Shown piece after piece: positions 12,701-26,500 of a stretch of DNA of 64,000 bases. The stretch comes from the human T2T-CHM13v2.0 reference genome, Homo sapiens. Both the position numbers and the translations under genes were made by a program. The stretch is from the NCBI RefSeq assembly GCF_009914755.1, contig NC_060929.1; one strand, given 5' to 3'. Position 1 is the stretch's first letter, and every line of letters begins with the position of its first letter. Below the pieces are notes generated by a model that was not told the DNA's origin, did not search any database, and saw only the letters and a program-made list of their open reading frames with translations.

Positions 12701-13953
12701 TCCATTCCTTTCCATTCCATTACACTCGAGTTAATACCACTCCATTCCATTCCATTCCATTCCATTCCACTCTATTCCCTTCCATTTCATTCCATTCGAT
12801 TCCATTTCATTCCATTCCATTCCATTTCACTCCATTCCACTAGGGGTGATTTCATTATGTTCCATGCCATTCGAATCCATTCCATAACTTTCCATTCCAT
12901 TGCATTCCAATCGGGTTGATTCCATCCAGTTCCAGTCCAATCCATTCCATTCCGTTCCATTCAAATCTATTCCATTCCATTTAATTGCATTCTATTCCAT
13001 TCCATTCCACTCGTGTGGATTCCATTCCATTTTATTCCATTCCATTAAAATCGGTTTGAGTCCATTTCACTCCATTCCATTCCATTCCATTCCATTCCAT
13101 TCCATTCCATTCCACTCGGGTTGATTCCATTCCATTCCATTCCATTCCACTCAATTGCACTCCATTCCATTCCATTCCATTAAACTCGGTTTGGCTCCAT
13201 TTCACTCCACTCCATTCCATTCTATTCCTTTCCATTCGGGTTGATTCCATTCCATTCCTTTCCATTCCATTCCATTCCATTCCATTCCGTTCCATTCCAT
13301 TCCAAGCGTGTTGATTCCATTCCATTGCATTCCATTCCGTTGCATTCCATTCCCTTCCTTTCCATTCCATTCTGTTCCATTCCATTCCATTGCATTCCAT
13401 TCGTGTTGATTCCATTCCATTCCATTCCATTTCATTCCGTTCCATTCCATTAAATTACACTCAGTAGGATTCCGTTTCATTCCATTCCATCCCCTTCCAC
13501 TCCATTCCATTCCATTCCTGTTCATACCATTCCATTCCATTCCATTCCATTCCATTCCATTCCATTCCACTCGTGTTGATTCCTTTCCAGTCCATTCCAT
13601 TCCATTCCAATCCATTCCACTCGGGTTGATTGCATTCCATTCCATTCCATTCCATTCCTTTTGATTCCATTCCATTCCACTCGTGTTTACTCCATTCCAC
13701 TCCACTCCATTCCGTTCCACTCGGATTGATTCAGTTTCATTGCTTTCCATTCCATTCCATTCCACTCTGGTTGATTCCATTCCGTTCCATTCCATTCCAT
13801 TCCGTTCCATTCCATTCCAAGCGTGTTGATTCCATTCTTTTCCTTTCCCATCCATTCCATTCCATTGCATTCCACTCCATTCCATTCCACTCGGGTTGAT
13901 TCCATTCCATTCCATTCCATTCCATTCCATTCCATTCCATTCCATTCCATTCC
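9776..13953 (+). repeat. HOR unit 1 (4178 bp, internally deleted edge copy)
   Basis: Landmark-to-landmark distance is 4178 bp. It lacks the block TCTCAGGTTG...TTCACGTGCCTTG...ATTATAATC...ACTGTGGTTAATT found in units 2-11. Confidence 0.93.
11149..11252 (+). repeat. 65-bp internal tandem duplication containing GTTGATTAGATTCCATGGAATTCCATTTCACT (present in every HOR unit)
   Basis: ATTCCATGGAAT starts at 11164 and 11229. The same pair recurs near 15352, 20148, 24909, 29675, 34436, 39202, 43958, 48754, 53565, 58311 and 63097. Confidence 0.92.
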
Positions 13954-16900
13954 ACTCGGGTTGATTACATCCTATTCCATTTCATTCCACTCCTTTTGTT
14001 TCCATTTCTTTCCACTAGTGTTGATTCCATTCCATTCCGTTCCATTCCACTCGCGTTGATTCCATCCCTTTCCACTCCATTCAAATCCATTCTTTGCCAT
14101 TACTTTCCATTCCATTCCATTCCATTCTATTGCATTCCATTCCATTCCATTCCATTAAGCTCGTGTTGAGTCCCTTTCATTCCATTCCATTCCATTCCAT
14201 TTCATTCCATTCCATTCCATTCCCGTTGGGTTCACTCCATTCCATCCCTTTCCATTCCATTCCATTCCATACCATTGCTTTCCATTCCACTTGGGTTGAC
14301 TCCATTCCATTACATTCCTTTCCATTCCATTCCATTCCTTTCCATTGCACTCGTGTTGATTCCATTCCATTCCATTCCATTCCATTTCATTCCATTCCAT
14401 TCCATTCCACTTTGGTTGATAATATTTCATTCCATTCCATTCCTTTTGATTCCATTCCATTCCACTCGTGTTGATTCCATTCCATTCCATTCCATTCCAT
14501 TCAACGCGGATTGAGTCCATTCCATTCAATTCCATTCCATCCCTTCCATTCCATTCCATTATATTCCACTAGGGGTGATTCCAATCCATTCCATTCCATT
14601 CCATTCCATTCCTTTCCGTTCCATTCCATTCCGATCCATTCCATTCCAAGCGTGTTGATTCCATTCCATTTCTTTCCATTCCATTCCTTTCCATTCCATT
14701 CCAAGCGTGTTGCTTCCATTCCATTTCTTTCCATTCCATTCCTTTCCATTCCATTATACTCGTGTTGATTCCTTCCCATTCCATTCCATTCCATTTCATT
14801 CCATTCCACTCGTGTTGATTCCATTCTGTTCCATTCCATTCCATTCCACTCGCATGGATTTCATTCCATTCCTTTCCATTCCATTCCTTTCCATTCCATA
14901 CCATTCCTTTCCATTCCGTTCCATTCAATTCCATTCCATTCCACTCGTGTTGATACCAATTCATTCCATTCTATTCCTATCCATTCCACTCCTGTTGATT
15001 CCAATCCATTCCATGCCATTCCATTCCATTCCATTCTATTCCATTCCATTCCATTCCATTCCATTCCATTCCATTCCCCACGTGTTGATTTTAATCCATT
15101 CAGTTCTTTTCCGTCTCATTCCTTTCCTTTACATTCATGTTGTCGTCATTCCATTCCATTATATTCCAATCAATTCCATTCCATTCCTTTCCAGTAGCGT
15201 TGATTCCTTTGCATTCAATTCCATTCCATGCTTTCCACTCGATTTGACTCCAATGCATTCCATTCCATTCCTTTCAATTCCTTTCCATTTCATTCCAATC
15301 GTGTTGACTCCAATCCATTCCATTCCATTCCATTCCACTCGCGTTGATTAGATTCCATGGAATTCCATTTCACTCCATCCCATTCCTTTCCATTCCATTC
15401 CACTCGTGTTGATTAGATTCCATGGAATTCCATTTCACTGCATTCTATTCCATTCCATTCCAGTCGGGATGATTCCATTTCTTTCCATTCCATTAAATTC
15501 TGGTTGAGTCCATTTCATTCCATTCCATTCCATTCCATTCTATTCCATTCCGTTCCATTCCACTCGGGTTGACTCCTTTCCATTCCATTCCTTTCCATTC
15601 TATTCCATTCCATTCCATTCCATTCCATTCCATTCCATTCCATTCCATTCCACTCGGGTTGATTCCATTCCATTGCATTCCGTTCCATTCCATTCCGTTC
15701 CACTCGGGTTGATTTCTTTACATTCCTTTCCATTCCATTTCATTCCATTCCATTCCATTCCGTTCCCTTCCATTCCAAGAGAGTTGATTCCCTTCCATTC
15801 CTTTCCAATCCATTCCATTCCATTCCATTCCATTCCATTCCGTTCAACTCGGGTTGATTCCATTCCATTCCATTCCACTCCATTCCATTCCATTCCATTC
15901 CACTCGGGTTGATTTCGTCCCATTCCTTTCCATTTCATTCGTTTTGATTCCATTCCATTCCACTAGTGGTGATTCCCTCCCATTCCACTCCATTCTATTC
16001 CATTCCTTTCTATTCCATTCCATTCCATTCCCTTCCACTCCGGTTGATTCCATCCCATTCCACTCCATTCCATTCCATTCCATTCCATTCCATTCCATTC
16101 CATTCCATTCCATTCTATTCCCTTCCATTCTATTCAATTCCATTTCATTCCATTCTATTCCATTCCATTCCACTCGGGTGGAATCCATTCCATTCCATTC
16201 TATTCCATTCCATTCCATTCCATTCCATTCCATTCCATTCCATTCCATTCCATTCCATTCCATTACATTACATTCCCCTCAGGTTGATTCCATTCCATTC
16301 CTTTCCATTCCATTCCATTCCTTTCCATTCCATTCCATTCGATTCCATTCCACTCAGGTTGATTTCATCCCATTCCACTCCATTCCATTCCATTCCATTC
16401 CATTTCATTCATTTCGATTGCGTTCCATTTCATTCCTTTCCATTGCATTCCATTCCACTCGTGTGGATTCCATTCCAATCAAATCCATTCCATTCCATTC
16501 CATTCCATTCCTTTCCATTCCATTGCTTTCCATTCCATTCCATTCCATTAAATTCGGATTGATTCCATTTCATTCCATTCCATTCCATTCCGTTCAATTC
16601 CATTATATTCCCTTGCATTCCATTCCATTCCATTCTATTCCATTCCATTCCATTCCACTCGGGTTGATTCCTTTCCTTTCCAGTCCTTCCCATTCCATTC
16701 CATTCTATTCTATTCCATTCCATTCCATTCCACTCGGGTTGATTCCTTTCCATTCCATTCCATTCCATTCCATTCCACTCGCGTTGATTCCATTGCATTC
16801 CATTCTATTCCATTCCATTTCATTCCACTCGGGTTGATTCCAAACCATTCCACTCCAATCCGTTCCATTCCATTCCATTCCAATCTATTCCATTCAATTT

Positions 16901-18754
16901 AATTGCATTCCATTCCATTCCTTTCCATTCCATTACACTCGAGTTAATACCACTCCATTCCATTCCATTCCATTCCATTCCACTCTATTCCCTTCCATTT
17001 CATTCCATTCGATTCCATTTCATTCCATTCCATTCCATTTCACTCCATTCCACTAGGGGTGATTTCATTATGTTCCATGCCATTCGAATCCATTCCATAA
17101 CTTTCCATTCCATTGCATTCCAATCGGGTTGATTCCATCCAGTTCCAGTCCAATCCATTCCATTCCGTTCCATTCAAATCTATTCCATTCCATTTAATTG
17201 CATTCTATTCCATTCCATTCCACTCGTGTGGATTCCATTCCATTTTATTCCATTCCATTAAAATCGGTTTGAGTCCATTTCACTCCATTCCATTCCATTC
17301 CATTCCATTCCATTCCATTCCATTCCATTCCACTCGGGTTGATTCCATTCCATTCCATTCCATTCCACTCAATTGCACTCCATTCCATTCCATTCCATTA
17401 AACTCGGTTTGGCTCCATTTCACTCCACTCCATTCCATTCTATTCCTTTCCATTCGGGTTGATTCCATTCCATTCCTTTCCATTCCATTCCATTCCATTC
17501 CATTCCGTTCCATTCCATTCCAAGCGTGTTGATTCCATTCCATTGCATTCCATTCCGTTGCATTCCATTCCCTTCCTTTCCATTCCATTCTGTTCCATTC
17601 CATTCCATTGCATTCCATTCGTGTTGATTCCATTCCATTCCATTCCATTTCATTCCGTTCCATTCCATTAAATTACACTCAGTAGGATTCCGTTTCATTC
17701 CATTCCATCCCCTTCCACTCCATTCCATTCCATTCCTGTTCATACCATTCCATTCCATTCCATTCCATTCCATTCCATTCCTTTCCATTCCATTCCATTC
17801 CTCTCAGGTTGATTCCTTTCCATTCCATTCCATTCCACTCGGGTTGATTCCGTTCCGGTCCATTCCATTCTATTCCACTCGGGTTGATTCCATTCCATTA
17901 CATTGCATTCCATTCCACTCGGGTTGATACCATTCCATTCCGTTCCAATCCATGCCATTCCATTCCATTCCATTCTATTCCATTTCACGTGCCTTGAATC
18001 CATTCCATTCCATTATAATCATTCGATTCCTTCCATTCCATTCCATTCCATTCCAATCCATTCCATTCTATTCCATTCTACTGTGGTTAATTCCAACCCC
18101 TTCCACTCCATTGCATTCCATTCCATTCCATTTCATTCTATTTCATTCAAATCCATTCCTTTCCATTCCACTCGGGTGGATTCCATTCCATTCCGTTCCA
18201 TTCTAATCCACTCCATTCCATTCCATTCCTTTCCATTCCATTCCACTCAGGTTGATACCATTCCATTCCATTCCATTCTATTCCATTCCCTTCCATTCCA
18301 CTCGTGTTGATTCCATTGCATTCCATTCCTTTCCATTCCATTCCATTCCATTCCATTCCATTCCACTCGTGTTGATTCCTTTCCAGTCCATTCCATTCCA
18401 TTCCAATCCATTCCACTCGGGTTGATTGCATTCCATTCCATTCCATTCCATTCCTTTTGATTCCATTCCATTCCACTCGTGTTTACTCCATTCCACTCCA
18501 CTCCATTCCATTCCACTCGGATTGATTCAGTTTCATTGCTTTCCATTCCATTCCATTCCATTCCACTCTGGTTGATTCCATTCCGTTCCATTCCATTCCA
18601 TTCCGTTCCATTCCATTCCAAGCGTGTTGATTCCATTCTTTTCCTTTCCCATCCATTCCATTCCATTGCATTCCACTCCATTCCATTCCACTCGGGTTGA
18701 TTCCATTCCATTCCATTCCATTCCATTCCATTCCATTCCATTCCATTCCATTCC
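13954..18754 (+). repeat. HOR unit 2 (4801 bp)
   Basis: Landmark spacing; first full-length unit; carries several private SNVs. Confidence 0.93.
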
Positions 18755-21700
18755 ACTCGGGTTGATTACATCCTATTCCATTTCATTCCACTCCTTTTGT
18801 TTCCATTTCTTTCCACTAGTGTTGATTCCATTCCATTCCGTTCCATTCCACTCGCGTTGATTCCATCCCTTTCCACTCCATTCAAATCCATTCTTTGCCA
18901 TTACTTTCCATTCCATTCCATTCCATTCTATTGCATTCCATTCCATTCCATTCCATTAAGCTCGTGTTGAGTCCCTTTCATTCCATTCCATTCCATTCCA
19001 TTTCATTCCATTCCATTCCATTCCCGTTGGGTTCACTCCATTCCATCCCTTTCCATTCCATTCCATTCCATACCATTGCTTTCCATTCCACTTGGGTTGA
19101 CTCCATTCCATTACATTCCTTTCCATTCCATTCCATTCCTTTCCATTGCACTCGTGTTGATTCCATTCCATTCCATTCCATTCCATTTCATTCCATTCCA
19201 TTCCATTCCACTTTGGTTGATAATATTTCATTCCATTCCATTCCTTTTGATTCCATTCCATTCCACTCGTGTTGATTCCATTCCATTCCATTCCATTCCA
19301 TTCAACGCGGATTGAGTCCATTCCATTCAATTCCATTCCATCCCTTCCATTCCATTCCATTATATTCCACTAGGGGTGATTCCAATCCATTCCATTCCAT
19401 TCCATTCCTTTCCGTTCCATTCCATTCCGATCCATTCCATTCCAAGCGTGTTGATTCCATTCCATTTCTTTCCATTCCATTCCTTTCCATTCCATTCCAA
19501 GCGTGTTGCTTCCATTCCATTTCTTTCCATTCCATTCCTTTCCATTCCATTATACTCGTGTTGATTCCTTCCCATTCCATTCCATTCCATTTCATTCCAT
19601 TCCACTCGTGTTGATTCCATTCTGTTCCATTCCATTCCATTCCACTCGCATGGATTTCATTCCATTCCTTTCCATTCCATTCCTTTCCATTCCATACCAT
19701 TCCTTTCCATTCCGTTCCATTCAATTCCATTCCATTCCACTCGTGTTGATACCAATTCATTCCATTCTATTCCTATCCATTCCACTCCTGTTGATTCCAA
19801 TCCATTCCATGCCATTCCATTCCATTCCATTCTATTCCATTCCATTCCATTCCATTCCATTCCATTCCATTCCCCACGTGTTGATTTCCATCCATTCAGT
19901 TCTTTTCCGTCTCATTCCTTTCCTTTACATTCATGTTGTCGTCATTCCATTCCATTATATTCCAATCAATTCCATTCCATTCCTTTCCAGTAGCGTTGAT
20001 TCCTTTGCATTCCATTCCATTCCATGCTTTCCACTCGATTTGACTCCAATGCATTCCATTCCATTCCTTTCAATTCCTTTCCATTTCATTCCAATCGTGT
20101 TGACTCCAATCCATTCCATTCCATTCCATTCCACTCGCGTTGATTAGATTCCATGGAATTCCATTTCACTCCATCCCATTCCTTTCCATTCCATTCCACT
20201 CGTGTTGATTAGATTCCATGGAATTCCATTTCACTGCATTCTATTCCATTCCATTCCAGTCGGGATGATTCCATTTCTTTCCATTCCATTAAATTCTGGT
20301 TGAGTCCATTTCATTCCATTCCATTCCATTCCATTCTATTCCATTCCGTTCCATTCCACTCGGGTTGACTCCTTTCCATTCCATTCCTTTCCATTCTATT
20401 CCATTCCATTCCATTCCATTCCATTCCATTCCATTCCATTCCATTCCACTCGGGTTGATTCCATTCCATTGCATTCCGTTCCATTCCATTCCGTTCCACT
20501 CGGGTTGATTCCTTTACATTCCTTTCCATTCCATTTCATTCCATTCCATTCCATTCCGTTCCCTTCCATTCCAAGAGAGTTGATTCCCTTCCATTCCTTT
20601 CCAATCCATTCCATTCCATTCCATTCCATTCCATTCCGTTCAACTCGGGTTGATTCCATTCCATTCCATTCCACTCCATTCCATTCCATTCCATTCCACT
20701 CGGGTTGATTTCGTCCCATTCCTTTCCATTTCATTCGTTTTGATTCCATTCCATTCCACTAGTGGTGATTCCCTCCCATTCCACTCCATTCTATTCCATT
20801 CCTTTCTATTCCATTCCATTCCATTCCCTTCCACTCTGGTTGATTCCATCCCATTCCACTCCATTCCATTCCATTCCATTCCATTCCATTCCATTCCATT
20901 CCATTCCATTCTATTCCCTTCCATTCTATTCAATTCCATTTCATTCCATTCTATTCCATTCCATTCCACTCGGGTGGATTCCATTCCATTCCATTCTATT
21001 CCATTCCATTCCATTCCATTCCATTCCATTCCATTCCATTACATTACATTCCCCTCAGGTTGATTCCATTCCATTCCTTTCCATTCCATTCCATTCCTTT
21101 CCATTCCATTCCATTCGATTCCATTCCACTCAGGTTGATTTCATCCCATTCCACTCCATTCCATTCCATTCCATTCCATTTCATTCATTTCGATTGCGTT
21201 CCATTTCATTCCTTTCCATTGCATTCCATTCCACTCGTGTGGATTCCATTCCAATCAAATCCATTCCATTCCATTCCATTCCATTCCTTTCCATTCCATT
21301 GCTTTCCATTCCATTCCATTCCATTAAATTCGGATTGATTCCATTTCATTCCATTCCATTCCATTCCGTTCAATTCCATTATATTCCCTTGCATTCCATT
21401 CCATTCCATTCTATTCCATTCCATTCCATTCCACTCGGGTTGATTCCTTTCCTTTCCAGTCCTTCCCATTCCATTCCATTCTATTCTATTCCATTCCATT
21501 CCATTCCACTCGGGTTGATTCCTTTCCATTCCATTCCATTCCATTCCATTCCACTCGCGTTGATTCCATTGCATTCCATTCTATTCCATTCCATTTCATT
21601 CCACTCGGGTTGATTCCAAACCATTCCACTCCAATCCGTTCCATTCCATTCCATTCCAATCTATTCCATTCAATTTAATTGCATTCCATTCCATTCCTTT

Positions 21701-23510
21701 CCATTCCATTACACTCGAGTTAATACCACTCCATTCCATTCCATTCCATTCCATTCCACTCTATTCCCTTCCATTTCATTCCATTCGATTCCACTTCATT
21801 CCATTCCATTCCATTTCACTCCATTCCACTAGGGGTGATTTCATTATGTTCCATGCCATTCGAATCCATTCCATAACTTTCCATTCCATTGCATTCCAAT
21901 CGGGTTGATTCCATCCAGTTCCAGTCCAATCCATTCCATTCCGTTCCATTCAAATCTATTCCATTCCATTTAATTGCATTCTATTCCATTCCATTCCACT
22001 CGTGTGGATTCCATTCCATTTTATTCCATTCCATTAAAATCGGTTTGAGTCCATTTCACTCCATTCCATTCCATTCCATTCCATTCCATTCCATTCCATT
22101 CCACTCGGGTTGATTCCATTCCATTCCATTCCATTCCACTCAATTGCACTCCATTCCATTCCATTCCATTAAACTCGGTTTGGCTCCATTTCACTCCACT
22201 CCATTCCATTCTATTCCTTTCCATTCGGGTTGATTCCATTCCATTCCTTTCCATTCCATTCCATTCCATTCCATTCCGTTCCATTCCATTCCAAGCGTGT
22301 TGATTCCATTCCATTGCATTCCATTCCGTTGCATTCCATTCCCTTCCTTTCCATTCCATTCTGTTCCATTCCATTCCATTGCATTCCATTCGTGTTGATT
22401 CCATTCCATTCCATTCCATTTCATTCCATTCCATTCCATTAAATTACACTCAGTAGGATTCCGTTTCATTCCATTCCATCCCCTTCCACTCCATTCCATT
22501 CCATTCCTGTTCATACCATTCCATTCCATTCCATTCCATTCCATTCCTTTCCATTCCATTCCATTCCTCTCAGGTTGATTCCTTTCCATTCCATTCCATT
22601 CCACTCGGGTTGATTCCGTTCCGGTCCATTCCATTCTATTCCACTCGGGTTGATTCCATTCCATTACATTGCATTCCATTCCACTCGGGTTGATACCATT
22701 CCATTCCGTTCCAATCCATGCCATTCCATTCCATTCCATTCTATTCCATTTCACGTGCCTTGAATCCATTCCATTCCATTATAATCATTCGATTCCTTCC
22801 ATTCCATTCCATTCCATTCCATTCCAATCCATTCCATTCTATTCCATTCTACTGTGGTTAATTCCAACCCCTTCCACTCCATTGCATTCCATTCCATTCC
22901 ATTTCATTCTATTTCATTCAAATCCATTCCTTTCCATTCCACTCGGGTGGATTCCATTCCATTCCGTTCCATTCTAATCCACTCCATTCCATTCCATTCC
23001 TTTCCATTCCATTCCACTCAGGTTGATACCATTCCATTCCATTCCATTCTATTCCATTCCCTTCCATTCCACTCGTGTTGATTCCATTGCATTCCATTCC
23101 TTTCCATTCCATTCCATTCCATTCCATTCCATTCCACTCGTGTTGATTCCTTTCCAGTCCATTCCATTCCATTCCAATCCATTCCACTCGGGTTGATTGC
23201 ATTCCATTCCATTCCATTCCATTCCTTTTGATTCCATTCCATTCCACTCGTGTTTACTCCATTCCACTCCACTCCATTCCATTCCACTCGGATTGATTCA
23301 GTTTCATTGCTTTCCATTCCATTCCATTCCATTCCACTCTGGTTGATTCCATTCCATTCCATTCCATTCCATTCCGTTCCATTCCATTCCAAGCGTGTTG
23401 ATTCCATTCTTTTCCTTTCCCATCCATTCCATTCCATTGCATTCCACTCCATTCCATTCCACTCGGGTTGATTCCATTCCATTCCATTCCATTCCATTCC
23501 ATTCCATTCC
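18755..23510 (+). repeat. HOR unit 3 (4756 bp)
   Basis: Landmark spacing; carries the CGATTCCACTTC variant (~21794). Confidence 0.93.
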
Positions 23511-26500
23511 ACTCGGGTTGATTACATCCTATTCCATTTCATTCCACTCCTTTTGTTTCCATTTCTTTCCACTAGTGTTGATTCCATTCCATTCCGTTCC
23601 ATTCCACTCGCGTTGATTCCATCCCTTTCCACTCCATTCAAATCCATTCTTTGCCATTACTTTCCATTCCATTCCATTCCATTCTATTGCATTCCATTCC
23701 ATTCCATTCCATTAAGCTCGTGTTGAGTCCCTTTCATTCCATTCCATTCCATTCCATTTCATTCCATTCCATTCCATTCCCGTTGGGTTCACTCCATTCC
23801 ATCCCTTTCCATTCCATTCCATTCCATACCATTGCTTTCCATTCCACTTGGGTTGACTCCATTCCATTACATTCCTTTCCATTCCATTCCATTCCTTTCC
23901 ATTGCACTCGTGTTGATTCCATTCCATTCCATTCCATTCCATTTCATTCCATTCCATTCCATTCCACTTTGGTTGATAATATTTCATTCCATTCCATTCC
24001 TTTTGATTCCATTCCATTCCACTCGTGTTGATTCCATTCCATTCCATTCCATTCCATTCAACGCGGATTGAGTCCATTCCATTCAATTCCATTCCATCCC
24101 TTCCATTCCATTCCATTATATTCCACTAGGGGTGATTCCAATCCATTCCATTCCATTCCATTCCTTTCCGTTCCATTCCATTCCGATCCATTCCATTCCA
24201 AGCGTGTTGATTCCATTCCATTTCTTTCCATTCCATTCCTTTCCATTCCATTCCAAGCGTGTTGCTTCCATTCCATTTCTTTCCATTCCATTCCTTTCCA
24301 TTCCATTATACTCGTGTTGATTCCTTCCCATTCCATTCCATTCCATTTCATTCCATTCCACTCGTGTTGATTCCATTCTGTTCCATTCCATTCCATTCCA
24401 CTCGCATGGATTTCATTCCATTCCTTTCCATTCCATTCCTTTCCATTCCATACCATTCCTTTCCATTCCGTTCCATTCAATTCCATTCCATTCCACTCGT
24501 GTTGATACCAATTCATTCCATTCTATTCCTATCCATTCCACTCCTGTTGATTCCAATCCATTCCATGCCATTCCATTCCATTCCATTCTATTCCATTCCA
24601 TTCCATTCCATTCCATTCCATTCCATTCCATTCCCCACGTGTTGATTTCCATCCATTCAGTTCTTTTCCGTCTCATTCCTTTCCTTTACATTCATGTTGT
24701 CGTCATTCCATTCCATTATATTCCAATCAATTCCATTCCATTCCTTTCCAGTAGCGTTGATTCCTTTGCATTCCATTCCATTCCATGCTTTCCACTCGAT
24801 TTGACTCCAATGCATTCCATTCCATTCCTTTCAATTCCTTTCCATTTCATTCCAATCGTGTTGACTCCAATCCATTCCATTCCATTCCATTCCACTCGCG
24901 TTGATTAGATTCCATGGAATTCCATTTCACTCCATCCCATTCCTTTCCATTCCATTCCACTCGTGTTGATTAGATTCCATGGAATTCCATTTCACTGCAT
25001 TCTATTCCATTCCATTCCAGTCGGGATGATTCCATTTCTTTCCATTCCATTAAATTCTGGTTGAGTCCATTTCATTCCATTCCATTCCATTCCATTCTAT
25101 TCCATTCCGTTCCATTCCACTCGGGTTGACTCCTTTCCATTCCATTCCTTTCCATTCTATTCCATTCCATTCCATTCCATTCCATTCCATTCCATTCCAT
25201 TCCATTCCACTCGGGTTGATTCCATTCCATTGCATTCCGTTCCATTCCATTCCGTTCCACTCGGGTTGATTCCTTTACATTCCTTTCCATTCCATTTCAT
25301 TCCATTCCATTCCATTCCGTTCCCTTCCATTCCAAGAGAGTTGATTCCCTTCCATTCCTTTCCAATCCATTCCATTCCATTCCATTCCATTCCATTCCGT
25401 TCAACTCGGGTTGATTCCATTCCATTCCATTCCACTCCATTCCATTCCATTCCATTCCACTCGGGTTGATTTCGTCCCATTCCTTTCCATTTCATTCGTT
25501 TTGATTCCATTCCATTCCACTAGTGGTGATTCCCTCCCATTCCACTCCATTCTATTCCATTCCTTTCTATTCCATTCCATTCCATTCCCTTCCACTCTGG
25601 TTGATTCCATCCCATTCCACTCCATTCGATTCCATTCCATTCCATTCCATTCCATTCCATTCCATTCCATTCCATTCTATTCCCTTCCATTCTATTCAAT
25701 TCCATTTCATTCCATTCTATTCCATTCCATTCCACTCGGGTGGATTCCATTCCATTCCATTCTATTCCATTCCATTCCATTCCATTCCATTCCATTCCAT
25801 TCCATTACATTACATTACATTCCCCTCAGGTTGATTCCATTCCATTCCTTTCCATTCCATTCCATTCCTTTCCATTCCATTCCATTCGATTCCATTCCAC
25901 TCAGGTTGATTTCATCCCATTCCACTCCATTCCATTCCATTCCATTCCATTTCATTCATTTCGATTGCGTTCCATTTCATTCCTTTCCATTGCATTCCAT
26001 TCCACTCGTGTGGATTCCATTCCAATCAAATCCATTCCATTCCATTCCATTCCATTCCTTTCCATTCCATTGCTTTCCATTCCATTCCATTCCATTAAAT
26101 TCGGATTGATTCCATTTCATTCCATTCCATTCCATTCCGTTCAATTCCATTATATTCCCTTGCATTCCATTCCATTCCATTCTATTCCATTCCATTCCAT
26201 TCCACTCGGGTTGATTCCTTTCCTTTCCAGTCCTTCCCATTCCATTCCATTCTATTCTATTCCATTCCATTCCATTCCACTCGGGTTGATTCCTTTCCAT
26301 TCCATTCCATTCCATTCCATTCCACTCGCGTTGATTCCATTGCATTCCATTCTATTCCATTCCATTTCATTCCACTCGGGTTGATTCCAAACCATTCCAC
26401 TCCAATCCGTTCCATTCCATTCCATTCCAATCTATTCCATTCAATTTAATTGCATTCCATTCCATTCCTTTCCATTCCATTACACTCGAGTTAATACCAC

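Noticed and set aside
10891-17991. Two CACGTG E-boxes per full unit (e.g. 10891 and 17986)
   Set aside because: These 6-mers are easily derived from the ACTCGTGTTG spacer by point mutation, and their recurrence simply reflects HOR amplification. There is no independent evidence of function.
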